Shown here: piece after piece, positions 32,254-49,045 of the stretch
Layout: the number at the start of each line of letters is the position of its first letter
Position numbering within the stretch: the stretch's first letter is position 1
Assembly: GCF_009914755.1 (NCBI RefSeq)
Contig: NC_060936.1
DNA length: 64,000 nucleotides
Direction: 5' to 3' (one strand)
Origin: the human T2T-CHM13v2.0 reference genome, Homo sapiens
Translations under genes and position numbers: made by a program
The notes under the pieces: model-generated
The model's database searches: none
What the model saw: only the letters and a program-made list of their open reading frames with translations
Told to the model about the DNA's origin: nothing

Positions 32254-34213
32254 TGCTTATCCTTTTTAAAAAAGTATGACAGATGACATGCAATTTTGTT
32301 GCCTGAATTTATACCTTTCCATTTTTACAGATAATATGTTGTATTTTGTGATAATAATATCAACTACTACTTATTACATACCGAAATTCAGTGCTTAATT
32401 CAGAGCCTTTGTAGTCAGAGGGATCTGGGTTCAAATCTCAGTAGGATTCATTTCTCATTGCGTCTTTGGGCAAATGACCTAACTTTGAGGAGCCTGGGTT
32501 TCTTATTCTATAAAATGGTGATAAAAATGTTGTTTGCCTCAGAGGGAGGATTGCTGTGAGGATCAAATAAAATTCTGCCAAATAAAGAAAAGCCCGGGAA
32601 ATGCTTAGGTCCATAGTAAGTGTTCAATAAATTACTGTTCATATTCTTACCACGTGTGCTGTATGTAGGACATTTGTCTGTGTTTTTCTTTTTCGTGATG
32701 GTGCTATGTGCAGCATTCTCTCTAAACCAGAACTTTGGGCCCCACAGTATTTGATTCACGGTAAGCAGCTAGATGATTTTAAACTTCTGTCTTCCCCCAA
32801 GAACACTCGACAAAATTGGCAGTCTGTAATATGCAAAAATCCACCCAGAAATGGAAGACAGGGACATTTGCACAAGCTGGGTTGTGTCTACAGAATTAGA
32901 AGACACAGTTGGACTAATTTTAGTGCCTAAAAATTGGAAACATTGGAATCATGCTCTATGGGAAATGCAAGTTCTTGAAAGTGGCAAAAGGAAACACCAG
33001 GAATGGTTGAATTTGGGACCATTCCCTCAAGGTTTGGGCACAATCTTCATCTGTGGGTAGACTCTATTTGGCTGGAAGCTAAAAGGTTAGGCGGGGGAAA
33101 GGGTTAAGCATCTTTCAGGTCCTCAGGTTAGGAATGAGGGAGAGATCTCGTTCACATTGCCTCTTCATTGTCTTGATTTTCTCGGCTATCTACTTTCCTT
33201 TGTCTTGCCATAGATAATTTTGATCCTGTGACCAGGCTCTTTAGTGTTTTGTCCTTTGGGATTTCTGAGAGGAGCGGGCCCCTGTGATTGACCTCACGTG
33301 GGCAGACTGCACACAACTCACTTTGTATCTGAGGAGCAGAGTGGGGGCCTAGCTCCCTTTCGTGCAGCCAATCAAGCTGGCGCTGAGAATTTATGAGAGG
33401 AAGGCGAACCACTTTGAAGAAAGGCGCCCTTGTCTGCTGCTCCGCCATTGCTCCGTGGTGTGCGTGGGGAGGTGGAGAGGGGTGGGCACGGGGAGAGGGG
33501 CTGGCGCCCTGGGGATGGATAAGGGAAGAAAAGAATCCGCGAAACCAGGGTCAAAAGTCTTTCTGTGAACAGGAAAGAAAACTGAGCAGCCTGCCTTCCT
33601 CCTTGCAGGTGTGTGCTCACAATGGGGGAGCCACAGACCCTTCCCAAAGGTCAGGGAGGAAGGAGCGCATCACAGCGGCTGCCTGTATTCACCCCCCAAT
33701 CCACCCACTCCTTGGAGACTGAAGAACTAGAGAGAGCCAGGAAGGCAAGATCACTTCTAGAAGCAATCCTGGCCGCCAGTAATCTAGATGCAATAGTAAC
33801 TCCGCCGAGTCAGAGAGGCATAGCTTCAAATTCTGGGCTTCTCCCTGGGGAGGGCAATTGCTTCATTTCTCTGAGCGTCAGTTTCCTCATCTGTGAAAAG
33901 GGGTGGTTAACAACGGAACCTCCTTCCTCCTTTATCAGGCCGTCGGGAGAAATTTGTAGAAAGCAGTCAGCACAGTGCCTGGTATACAGTAAGTGCTGAA
34001 CAAGTAGAAGCTACTATTCATAGCAATCATATTTGGTTTCAAAAGAGATATTCTGCTTTCATTAAAGCCAAAAATAAAGGCCATTCATTCAGTCGTTTTT
34101 TTCATTCATTTGTTCAGGCAATCAATAAACATTTAACAGGGCCTACTATGTATTGGTGACTTTAATGAATTTGATATTAATAGTAGCTAACGCTTGCTAG
34201 GGGTTAGGCTCTG

Positions 34214-34502
34214 TTTTATTTTTATTTTTCGAGACAAGAGTCTCACTGTGTCACCCAGGCTGGAGTGTACTGATGCAATCATAGCTCACTGCAGTCTCAA
34301 CCTGTCTGGCTCAAGCAATCCTCCCACCTCAGCCTCATAAGTAGCTGGACTACAGGCACTCACCACCATGCTTGGCTAATCTTCTCTGACTTTTTGTAGA
34401 AATGAGGTCTTACTATATTGCCCAGGCTGGTCTCAAACTCCTGAGCTCAAACAATCCTCCGAAAGTGCTGGGATTACAGGCATGAGCCGCCACACCCGGC
34501 CC
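34214..34502 (-). mobile_element. AluJ-like
   Basis: Reverse dimer; TSD gttaggctctgtttta. Confidence 0.9.
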
Positions 34503-34724
34503 CTGTTAGGCTCTGTTTTAAACCCTCCATATGTCTTAATTTATATAAGCGTCACGACCACATGGTGAGGTAGGTACAAAGAAGTTGATCATGGCCATGT
34601 CACACAGCTAGTAAGATTAGGAGCTGGCATTTAAACCCAGGTGTGCCTACTGCCCAGATCTACGTGGTAAGCACCTTGCTAGTCCAAAACTAATAAATAA
34701 AACATGATTCCTGCTGCCTGGGGC

Positions 34725-34933
34725 ACCACAGTCCACTAGAACTTTCTGCTATCATAGAAATATTCCATATCTGCACTGTCCAATATGGTACCCACTGTTG
34801 GTAGCTACTGAGGACTTGAAATGAAGCTAATGTGATAGAGAAACTGAATTTTAAATTTCATTTCATTTGTACTAATTTCAACATAGGTTTAAATAGCCAC
34901 ACATGGCTACTGCCAGCATACTGAACAGCCTAG
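34725..34933. mobile_element. MER3 (hAT-Charlie)
   Basis: tagaactttctgc...atatctgcactgtccaatatggta...ttaaatagccacacatggcta. Confidence 0.8.
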
Positions 34934-36494
34934 CTCTAGGAACTCAGAGTCTAGTGGAGGAAATTCACCTTCACTGAGGTGGTGACGTTATGCTATGTGG
35001 CCCTGTTCAAGCCCCAAGAACATAGGAGGACACAGCTGTGGTGTGGAGAGTGGCCTGGGATCACAGGAGGCTTCCCAGAGACAGTCATCTCTGATCTGAG
35101 TCTGCAGGAAGGAGGGGTTGGTAGGAGAGGAAGGGAGGTATTTTTAAATATGTCCAAATATGTTGGATTTCACAACAGGGTCTGTGCTCAGCCAGGACTT
35201 TGGTGGAGATTGAAACTTGTAATCAAGAGCCAGAGTCCTCTTTGAGCTACAAGATAACCAGCACTTACCCCTGAAGGATGAAACCGTATTGGTATTGGAT
35301 TCAGGAATTTGTCTACTGTTCTTTTTGGCTGCAGGTTTTGCTTGTTTTTGGCTTTTAACCATCACCTCTCTGAGGACATAAAAACACCTGAAAAGCAAAT
35401 TTGAAAAATTCACTGGTTAGTTTGAATGCTTTGTCAATATCATGTGAAGCAAAATGTCTAAGATCCCCAAACCAGCTCTAGGCAGACAAAAGAGTAGTAA
35501 TAATCATAAGGATAATGAGGATAATAATGAAAAATAGTTACCACTTATTAAGACACTTTGTGCCAGACCCAAATTTAAGTTAAGTGCTTTTGCGTATTGA
35601 TCGTCTTGCATACTCCTACAATCTATTCTCTGCACAGCAGCTAGAGTGGCCTTTTTAAGACATAAACCCTAAATCAGATCATGCTAGTCTGCTGCCGAAA
35701 CCCCTTAAGTGGCTTCACATTGTACTTAGAATAAAATCCAAGTTCCTTGCCCAGGCCTGCAAGGCCTGACCCCAGCCTACAAATGTTCCCATTCTCCACC
35801 TACTTACCAAGCTCCAGGCACGTAAGACCCCTCTCTGGTGTAAAGCCCCAAGCTTTTGTCTGCCCCAGGGCCTTTGCACTTGCTGTTCCTCCAATTGGCA
35901 ACTCAGCTCCCCACCCTAACCCTCTACTAGAATGAAATATGTCGAAGATCAGGGATCTTGTCTCTTAGGTCACTGTTGCATCTCCAGCCCCCTAGGTCAA
36001 TTTGTCATACGATTGAAAGAATTTGAATCCTCTGTTATGAGGCATTGAAATCAATGCAAATTAAATAAAATTTACAATTCAGTATGAGGTATTATGAGGC
36101 ATTATTATCCTCATGTAACAGATGAAGACAGTGAAGGTCAGAGTGGTTAATTTGCTCAAAGCCACATAGCTTGTGAGCTTCCCACTATATACCTGGAGGA
36201 CTCCAACTATTTGCTACTTGTCAGCTATGCTGAGGCTGCACAGCCACCTTGAGAGATGGAAGATCCTTTAGGATGTGGTTTTCCTTCCCTCACTCTGCAA
36301 ACAGCCCTGCTATGCCTCACTTAGTCCTTCATTGCCAGAATCTCTCTATATAATAAGAAACCTTAGCCTGCAAAACTACTCAATTCCCTTCTGGCTTTTA
36401 CCGTATGTTTTTCTTTGATTATAAAATAAGTATTATAGAAAGAATGGAAAGTAGAGAAAGAAGATAAAGAAGCTGGTGGAAAAACCACTCGTGA

Positions 36495-37287
<793 letters not shown>

Positions 37288-37792
37288 AAGCACAGTTTTT
37301 AAGGCTGTGTTGACGCTTGGTAAAATCCCCTTGGTTGCCTTGTCACCTAGCTTCACAGCCACTAACTCTTCCCAGGATGCAACTGCTGCCACTGTCCCTT
37401 CCACTGCAACCAGGAAGTAGGGTGGAAAAGGGCCCAGAATCTGGAGGTCAGAAATCAAGGTTCAAAGACTTAACTATGTGCCCTTAGAGAAATCACGTCT
37501 CATCTTCTCTGCAGAATGAAGACGATAGTCCTTGCCTCCGAGAACAGTGAAAGTCAAATAAAAGATCAGATGGGGAGAGTGTGTAGTAAACTCAAAAGTG
37601 CTATAAAATTGTTTGGAATTCCTACAATCCAATGAGTTACGACCACAGAGGTTATTTAAGAAGACTTAAAGGTCAGCAGAGCCAATGTTCCCCAGCCCAA
37701 ATACTCAAAAGGCTTGCTCTTGTTATGAGATGATATATATAAACTGGATTAGCGGGTCCTTTGCTTGCAATAAATCCTTGGGGGTTTGAGAG

Positions 37793-38780
<988 letters not shown>

Positions 38781-38941
38781 GATGGTAGTAATAACAAAAG
38801 CCACAGACATTTATTGAGCATTTAGAACTTGCCAGAGAGTATTCTAAATGTCTGATTTCCTTTAGCTTGGGAGATGGCCTTGCCTGTTTTCATGGCCTAT
38901 TAACTAGTTTTTGCATTTTTTAAATGGTTAGATAAAAATCA

Positions 38942-39165
38942 GGCTGGCCATGGTGGTGGCTCATACCTGTAATCCCAGCAACTTTGGGACCCCAAGGCGA
39001 GAGGACCGCTTGAGCCCAAGAGTATGAGACCAGCCTGCGCAACATAGTGAGACCCTGTCTCTGCATTAAAATAAAAAATCATCTGGGTGTGGTCATCCCA
39101 GCTACTTTGGAGGCTGAGGCGGGAGGATCATGTAAGCCCAGGAGTTAAGGCTGCAGCGAGCCTTG
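38942..39165 (+). mobile_element. AluJ-like, 3'-truncated
   Basis: Alu left arm and part of the right arm. Confidence 0.82.
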
Positions 39166-40099
39166 AACATACTCACAAAAACCCTATAAGTTGTTGTGTT
39201 ATTATTATCCTGTTTTTCACAAATGAGAAAGCTGAGGCTCAGAGACGTTATGCAATTTGTTCAAAGTCACATAGCTATCAAGAGGTTAGCTATTCAATAT
39301 CATACTGGCTTTGGAACCAGTCTTCTTAATCACTTTGGGAAAAAACCCAATCCCCGGTGTCACTGTTGAGACGTTGAGTCAACCAACTCTAAACCCACCT
39401 CACCTTTAGATTTCTAGGTTAAAGGGGCACATGACATTACTGTATTATTGAAGCCAGTTTGAAACTGCATTTCTGCTCTTTGCAGATGAAAGCATCCCCT
39501 TGGATGCCATGAGAAAGCACATAAGAAAGGTAAGAGCAGAAAGGTAAGGCAAGCTATCAGCTTCTTGGACCAGCAGCCTTTTGTCCTTGCTTGGAGAATA
39601 AAAGCTTTCTTTTTCCAAGCACTTCAAGGCTCCACAAGGTCCCTTTAAAAGGGATTATGAAGGAAATCCTATTTTAGAATTGCTGCTGATTTTGGCAATT
39701 TGCAATATTAGCCTGATGAGGAATTACACTCACTAATAAAATATCTCAAGTTGGGTTGAGCCTAATTGTTGCAAGTGTTAGTAGTAATAGCCTGTCACGG
39801 GCACTTCTGTGCCGGCGCATCCCTTGCTTGGCTACAGCCCATGTGGAAAATCAATTTCCTCTAAATGTTTGAAGAATGGCACAGAAGGACCTGATTTCTT
39901 TTCCCTCTGCTGGAGTCAATCTGGAGACAACGAACTTATAAAATGAATGAAAATAGCTATCGTTGCAGGATGCAGGGTGAATGCCGAGTTAAGCAAAGCC
40001 CCATGTCAAGCTCAAAGTTCTAGCTTTTTTGTCCTGAGGCCAGAGACAATATACGTTTGTGTCCCGAACTGACGTGCTGTTAAAAAGTCAAAGAAAAGA

Positions 40100-40655
40100 A
40101 AGAATTTTACTTCAGCCCAGCAATTTCACTTCTAGGAATCACTCCCACAGAAAAACTCCCACCAGTATGCAAGAATATATGAACAGGGTGTTCCTCACAG
40201 CCTGGCTTGCGATGGTGAAAAATTGGAGGCAAGATAATTATCTGACAAGAGTGGACTGGTTAAATAAATGGTCATATATCCATGCTTTGTAGCCATTAAG
40301 AAGAAAGTGATAATCTGTACGTATTCCTGTGGAAAGCTTTTTCTGATATAGTGTTGAGTTTTAAAAAAAGCAAGTTGAAGCCATATATATATATATATCA
40401 TGTAGAGTATATGTAGTTGTAGCACTATATATAGTATGAGTTCATTTTAGTAAAAAACCCCAAAACTTCAACAATGATATGCACATTTATATGTAGATCT
40501 TCGTACATGAGTAGAGAAAGGTCTGAAAGGATACACACCAGGTTGTAGATGGTGGTGATTAAACCCAAGGATAGAAATGGTAAGAGGGGAGATGTCCCTT
40601 CTATATTGTTTAGATGTTTTACAACAGGGCATATGGCTTTGGTAATAAAAAAAAA
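40100..40655 (+). mobile_element. Old L1ME 3' fragment
   Basis: cccagcaatttcacttctaggaatc...gactggttaaataaatggtcatatatccat. Confidence 0.65.
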
Positions 40656-40924
40656 AGAAAGGAAGAAATTGGCTGTTCAGCTTGTCAGAATAGCATTGTA
40701 CTAGATGTACCACCATTTCTGAGGAAAGGGAGGATCAGGCCTTGACTCCACAGGGCTGGCAATATAATCTAGCCACACATGCAAGTCTGTTACACAGCCT
40801 AGTCTGATACTTTATAGCTCTTTCTAGTCAATAATCACCATGAAGGGACTTAATCCTTAGCTACCTGCCTACCAAATCAGAACCAAGTTCAAACTTCCTG
40901 GGGCCAAGGCCAGAATTTAAAGAT

Positions 40925-41512
40925 TTACTTTTTTAAAAAATTGGGAAAATACACATAACATAAAATGTACCACTTTAAATTATGTGATTTATTGGCATTC
41001 AGTACATTGGCAATGTTGAGCAACCATAAGCACTATCTCATTCCATAACTTTCTCATCATCCCAAACAGAAACCTTGTGACCATTAAACAGTCACTCCCC
41101 AATCCTTCCGTACTGCAGCTGCTGAAAATCACTAAACTGCTGTCTGTCTCTATGGTTTGGGCTGTCATGCACATTTCATATAAATGAAATTATATAACAT
41201 GTGGCCTTTTGTGTCTGGCTTCTTTCACTTAGCACCATGTTTTCAAGCCTCATCCATGCTGTAGCATGTATCTGCGCTTCATTCCTTTTTATGGCTGAAT
41301 AATATTCCATTGCATGGATAGACCACAATTTGTTGATCCGTTCATCATGTGATGGACATTTTTGATGTTTTTATCTTTTAGTTACCATGAGTAATTCTGC
41401 TATGAATATTCCTGTATGAGTTTTTGTTTGAACACCTGTTTTCAGTTCTTTGGGGTGTATATGGAGGAGTGGAACTGTGAGGTTCTATGGTAATTTTATG
41501 TGTAATTTATTA
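40925..41512 (-). mobile_element. L1MB-like 3' end
   Basis: aaaatacacataacataaaat...gtggccttttgtgtctggcttctttcacttagc...ttcctttttatggctgaataatattccattg. Confidence 0.8.
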
Positions 41513-41817
41513 AGATTTGCCTTTAAAGTTCCAGAAGCCTCGTCTTCTGACCATAGAGGACATGCAGTGAGTGGGAAAAACTTCCCCTGAGTTTCTCGAT
41601 TATGTCCCCTGAGTCTAGGTAGTTAAGTACATAGATGAAGATAATTGCTATGTAATTATCTTATCTATACTTAAAAAATCATCTGCTAAAATTCCACTTC
41701 TTTTAGAGTATTCCAAATATTTCCTTTTTTTCCCTCTATCACCTATTTGTCCCAGAGCACCAAATATTTCTATTACATGTGAATTTGGGGAAGCTGTTAG
41801 TCAAAATACATTAATTA

Positions 41818-42129
<312 letters not shown>

Positions 42130-42504
42130 TTAATTAAATGATTAATTCAGAATTTCTCATGTAAAAATCCTGTTTTGCACTTGTGGAAAATCAACACTTC
42201 TGATGATTCCTAGCACAATGGGCATTAACACTGAATTCGTCAAATGTCAGACCAGGTCTTGCAAGGTAAGCAGGGTCTTGAAATGGGCTTTTACTGGACA
42301 GTAACCTATGATAAAGAGTGGGCCTAACTTATAATTGCTGCGAACATAGCAGGTAAGTTGCTTTGGATGTAGGACCTGGGCTGAAGCCCAACTCTGCCAG
42401 TAATTAACTTACCTTAGGAAAGGTAAAGGGTTAGGTACACCCTTATGAGCCCTCAGTTTCTTCCTCTGTAATGTGGAACTGATTATAGGACATACTTCAT
42501 GGGT

Positions 42505-43600
<1,096 letters not shown>

Positions 43601-43956
43601 GGAGGATTAAATAAGATAACAGGGGCAGAGCTCTGCGCACAGAGCCTGCATGTAGATAGTACAGAATAATGGCAGCCACAATTATGATCAAGGTGGGTAT
43701 AGTGTGTTCCCCTGCAGGAGCGGATCAGAAGCTAAAAAGAAACTGAGCAAGGGAGAAGCTATTAAGGTTCCCATGTGGTTTGCAGTGAGTTACAAAGGCC
43801 ATCAAAGGTAACAAGGCGTTCACACAACGCCGAAAAGGGCTTTCGCAGTATCCAGAGAAACAGGGAGCCGAAAGCAGCAAAGCCACATCATTTAGACCAA
43901 ACTAGAGACTTTAGAACCAAGTTTTTCGGATAATTGCAAATACATCTTCTTTTGTA

Positions 43957-44033
43957 TTAGGTTGGTAAAAAAGCAATTGCAGTTTTGCATTAAAAGTAAT
44001 GGCAAAACTGCAGTCGCTTTTGAACCAGCCTAA
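43957..44033. mobile_element. MADE1 mariner-derived MITE
   Basis: ttaggttggt...aaaagtaatggcaaaa...ccagcctaa palindrome flanked by TA on both sides. Confidence 0.9.
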
Positions 44034-44957
44034 TAGTATATGGAAAGCAACATCAGTCAGGAAAACTGTTTCTAGATTCCCTGGCTTTAGAAATATTTAC
44101 TGGCAATAATATCATGGCAGCTCAGGTATTTAGTTTCAGGTTTTTAGGTGAACTGCCCAACTTCAGGATTCCTTTCAGGAAGAAGACCCAATTGCCAAGA
44201 GACGATTGGATTCCTTTCAACTCAACTTCTCTCTGTTCCAAATTCCAGCGACAAGCGGTCTGTCTGAGGATGATAGAGATGGATTTCTCCAGGGCAATGC
44301 CAACCTTGCTCCTCCTGCCTCTAGTAATCAGACCTCCAGTTTATGTTCTGCCAAACTCTTCCCATTGGACATCTGGCCCCAGCAGGGAGAAACACAGACC
44401 AAGGCACTTATTTTGGCTTTGACGTCAGCAAAGGAAGGCTGATGAAATTCATCATCAGCGCAGATGAAAATCCACCGAGCCCTATCTCTCTTCCTTACAC
44501 CGCCTCCGTTTCGAAAGCTGACAGAGGTCTCGCTTTCCTTTTGTTTTCATTTTGCTCTGGATTAAGGTTTGAATTTTTTTTCTATAGTTAATTAGAAGAT
44601 AATAACGCCAGCGAGCTTATTGTTAATTATTTGTATCTGTACTTAATACTTAAAAGTGTACTCAGTTCTCGCGAGCTAATATTTGGCTTGTCAGATGCAT
44701 TAGTCATTGTAATTAATTGAGCCCATATACATTTACTGGGGCTGTGGGTAGAGTTATAAAAACAGCGGCAGATATGAAATGTCTCCACTATCTTTTGCTT
44801 ATCGCTAAACAGAGAATTTGAGGGAAGCGAATCCTTCTTGCAACCTTCACTCGTCACCTGGCTGACTTCTTTCCTCGTTCCTCCCTAGAGGGTCTTCTCT
44901 TTAAGACCCTCTATATCCTCTCTTTCTCTCGGCTTCTGTTAATTTCCTTTGGAACAT

Positions 44958-45118
44958 CAGGCCCAGCTGCTTTGTTCATGGGGCCCAGTGCAAAATAAAA
45001 ACACAGAGCCCCTCGTTCAAAAACTATTAAGAATTTAAACATGGCGATGGCAGAACATTAAACCAAGCCTGGGCGCCCCTGTGATTGCACAGGGTGCGTG
45101 CCCATCAAGCTGGTTCTG
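44958..45118. mobile_element. MER45A-like (hAT-Tip100)
   Basis: ggggcccagtgcaaaataaaa...gttcaaaaactattaagaattt...cattaaaccaagc; cag...ctg ends. Confidence 0.75.
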
Positions 45119-45993
45119 CACACCATTGACTGCCTTTGTCCTTTCCCCAAAAGGGAGCTCCCCCACCAGAATGTGACCCATCCCTCTTCTCTACAGCTAG
45201 AACAGTGTGCAGCACGCAAGAGGGGCTCAAGAAGTGGGCAAAACAATTTTCCAAATGCAAACTTGAAAAACGCAAAGTGTAGCCATGCCACTCCCCTGCT
45301 TAACATCTCCCATGGAAGGGGCAGAGGGAAGTTTCTGGAGGAATGGAAATGTTCTCTACCTACACCTGTAGAGGGGTGGTGGCCACACAGGGGTATACAC
45401 CCGTCAAGACTCATCAAACTGTAGACTTAAGAAGAGTCTGTTATACTATGTATAATTATACATCAATAAAAAATAGCATGCTTACAAAAACCCCAATGTC
45501 TCCACGTTATCCTCAAGGTAGTCTATTCTCCCTCATATGTCACACAAGGTCCTTCCCCAGGGGCTCATTCTGAGTCTTGCAGCCTCACCTCCAGCACTTC
45601 TGTGGCTTCCTGTTTTCCAGCCATGGTGACTGCCAGCATGTCCCAGGCCTACGTGCCGTCTTACTCAACTGCTCCCCAGCCCAGGAGTTAAAAAAATCAA
45701 AATACGTGTCACCCTGTAGGGCACCAGCACCAACTGAAAGGGACTAAAGAGCAGGAATGGGGCAGAGTCCCAGAGCTTCTTGCTGTGCCAAATGTTAACC
45801 CTTTAGTGTCTGCATCGTGGGGAAGTGGGCAGAGATCCAAGAGAGAGGAGGTAGGGAGGGGGCCGCTCGGTGGGCTCTGGGCCCTCACTGTTTACCAATC
45901 AATATGGAGGTGATCAAATATTTAACCTGGCGTAGTCACATTGGCGTGAGCCTGCTGAACATCAACCCACCACCTAAAATGTGGGCCGGGCCA

Positions 45994-46341
<348 letters not shown>

Positions 46342-47803
46342 TCAACTCAAGTGTCTTCTCCAGGAATCCTTGGCGGCTCCGTCTCTTCCTTGGTCTCTCT
46401 TGCATTTGCCATACTGTCCTGGATTAATTGATATACATTCCAGTCTTAATCTCTGGAAGGTAGGGACTATGAGTAGGGCAAGGTGCCTGGCACACACACA
46501 CTCAGGGGCACACACATGGATGAAGGGATTTTCCTGTTGGCCTTCCTGGCACGTAGCGCAGATACTATAGAAATGGATGAATGAATGGATGAATCAGTGA
46601 ATTTCTTCTTTGCTTTATCTATATTTACTTTAATTGAAACAGTGGCAATTCTTGAGACATGGGCTTGGAGAGAGTGTATTGCAGCAACTAAGATCTCAGA
46701 CTCCGAACTCAGGCAACCTGGAGGGATTCTAGCGCTTGCCGTTCGTCAGTTCTGGGTGTGTGACTTGGCCTCCCTGAGTACCAGATCAGGTCATTATTGA
46801 TCTGACTTCACAGGGTTGCTGAGGAGCTCTAAGCACTTAGCCCTCAGCAGCTCTGACTGTAAGAGAAATTGTATCTTGTTCACCATGCAGCCTGAATCGG
46901 TGGATGTGGTCGCCAGATGCCAGGAGAAGTCACCTGCCATTTGCAGCCATCCTCAAGTAAGCATCTTTGGTTTTACCTTCCATCTACCCAGTCTCTTGAG
47001 TCAGATGATTGCACAGCAAAAATGAAATATCCCTGTGATAAGAATATATGACTGGCAGATGTTACTGAACTGAAATCTGTGAGACAGTGAAAATGGATAT
47101 TTTCTCATTTGCCTCCAACTTCCTGGTGTCTCTGCTGGAAGGTACCAGTTTCAGCCATGAGAGAGAGAGAGAAAGAGGGAGAGGGAGACAGAGAGAGAGA
47201 GAGACAACGAGTGCTGAGGGGAGTGATCCTCAGCTTCATCAGGTGATCAGGTGAACCAACTTGTGGATTACCTTCCCAATCAAAAGCCTGCTTTCAGCCT
47301 TTCTGGAAATTCTGTGCAGGAATAATTCTTGGCTAAACATAGCATAAATTGTCCCATCACCCCAGACCTCCACTTCCTTCCAAACCTCAGCTTCTTAACC
47401 AAGTCCTACATTTCCAAGAAAAGGCATTTTAGCATCCTGCATAAAAACTCAAGACTCCAGAGCCTGAAAGACTGAAAGTTCAATCCCACATTTACCCATT
47501 CCTGGCTGTGAGATCTTAGGCAAGGCTCTTAACCTCTCTTCCTCTCTTAGTTTTATTTTCTTCCCCTGTCCAGTGAGGAAGAACAGTATCTCTGTTGCAG
47601 GGTACCTGTGAGGACTATGTGACACTTACTAAGTGGCAGGATTTGGTGAGAGTTTCTTAAATATTGGTTTGATACTCACTGGTTTCAAAAAAGGATATGG
47701 AATGGTGGAAATATTTTTTTAATTCTATAATGATCCCTGCAGATCTGCAAAATTGGAAAGACTCTTATTGAATGAATCACCTCATGTGCCACTGGCATCT
47801 TTC

Positions 47804-48556
<753 letters not shown>

Positions 48557-48697
48557 TCCTATAGCATCTTTAATGGAGAATGCAACCACTTGATTATACT
48601 GGGCAGTTCTAAGGATGAAGAAGATGATTCTGTAACATGTGTGCCTTGAGCATTTTGGTAGAAGCCAGCATGGGGCCCTGACAATCTAATCATTTAG

Positions 48698-49045
<348 letters not shown>

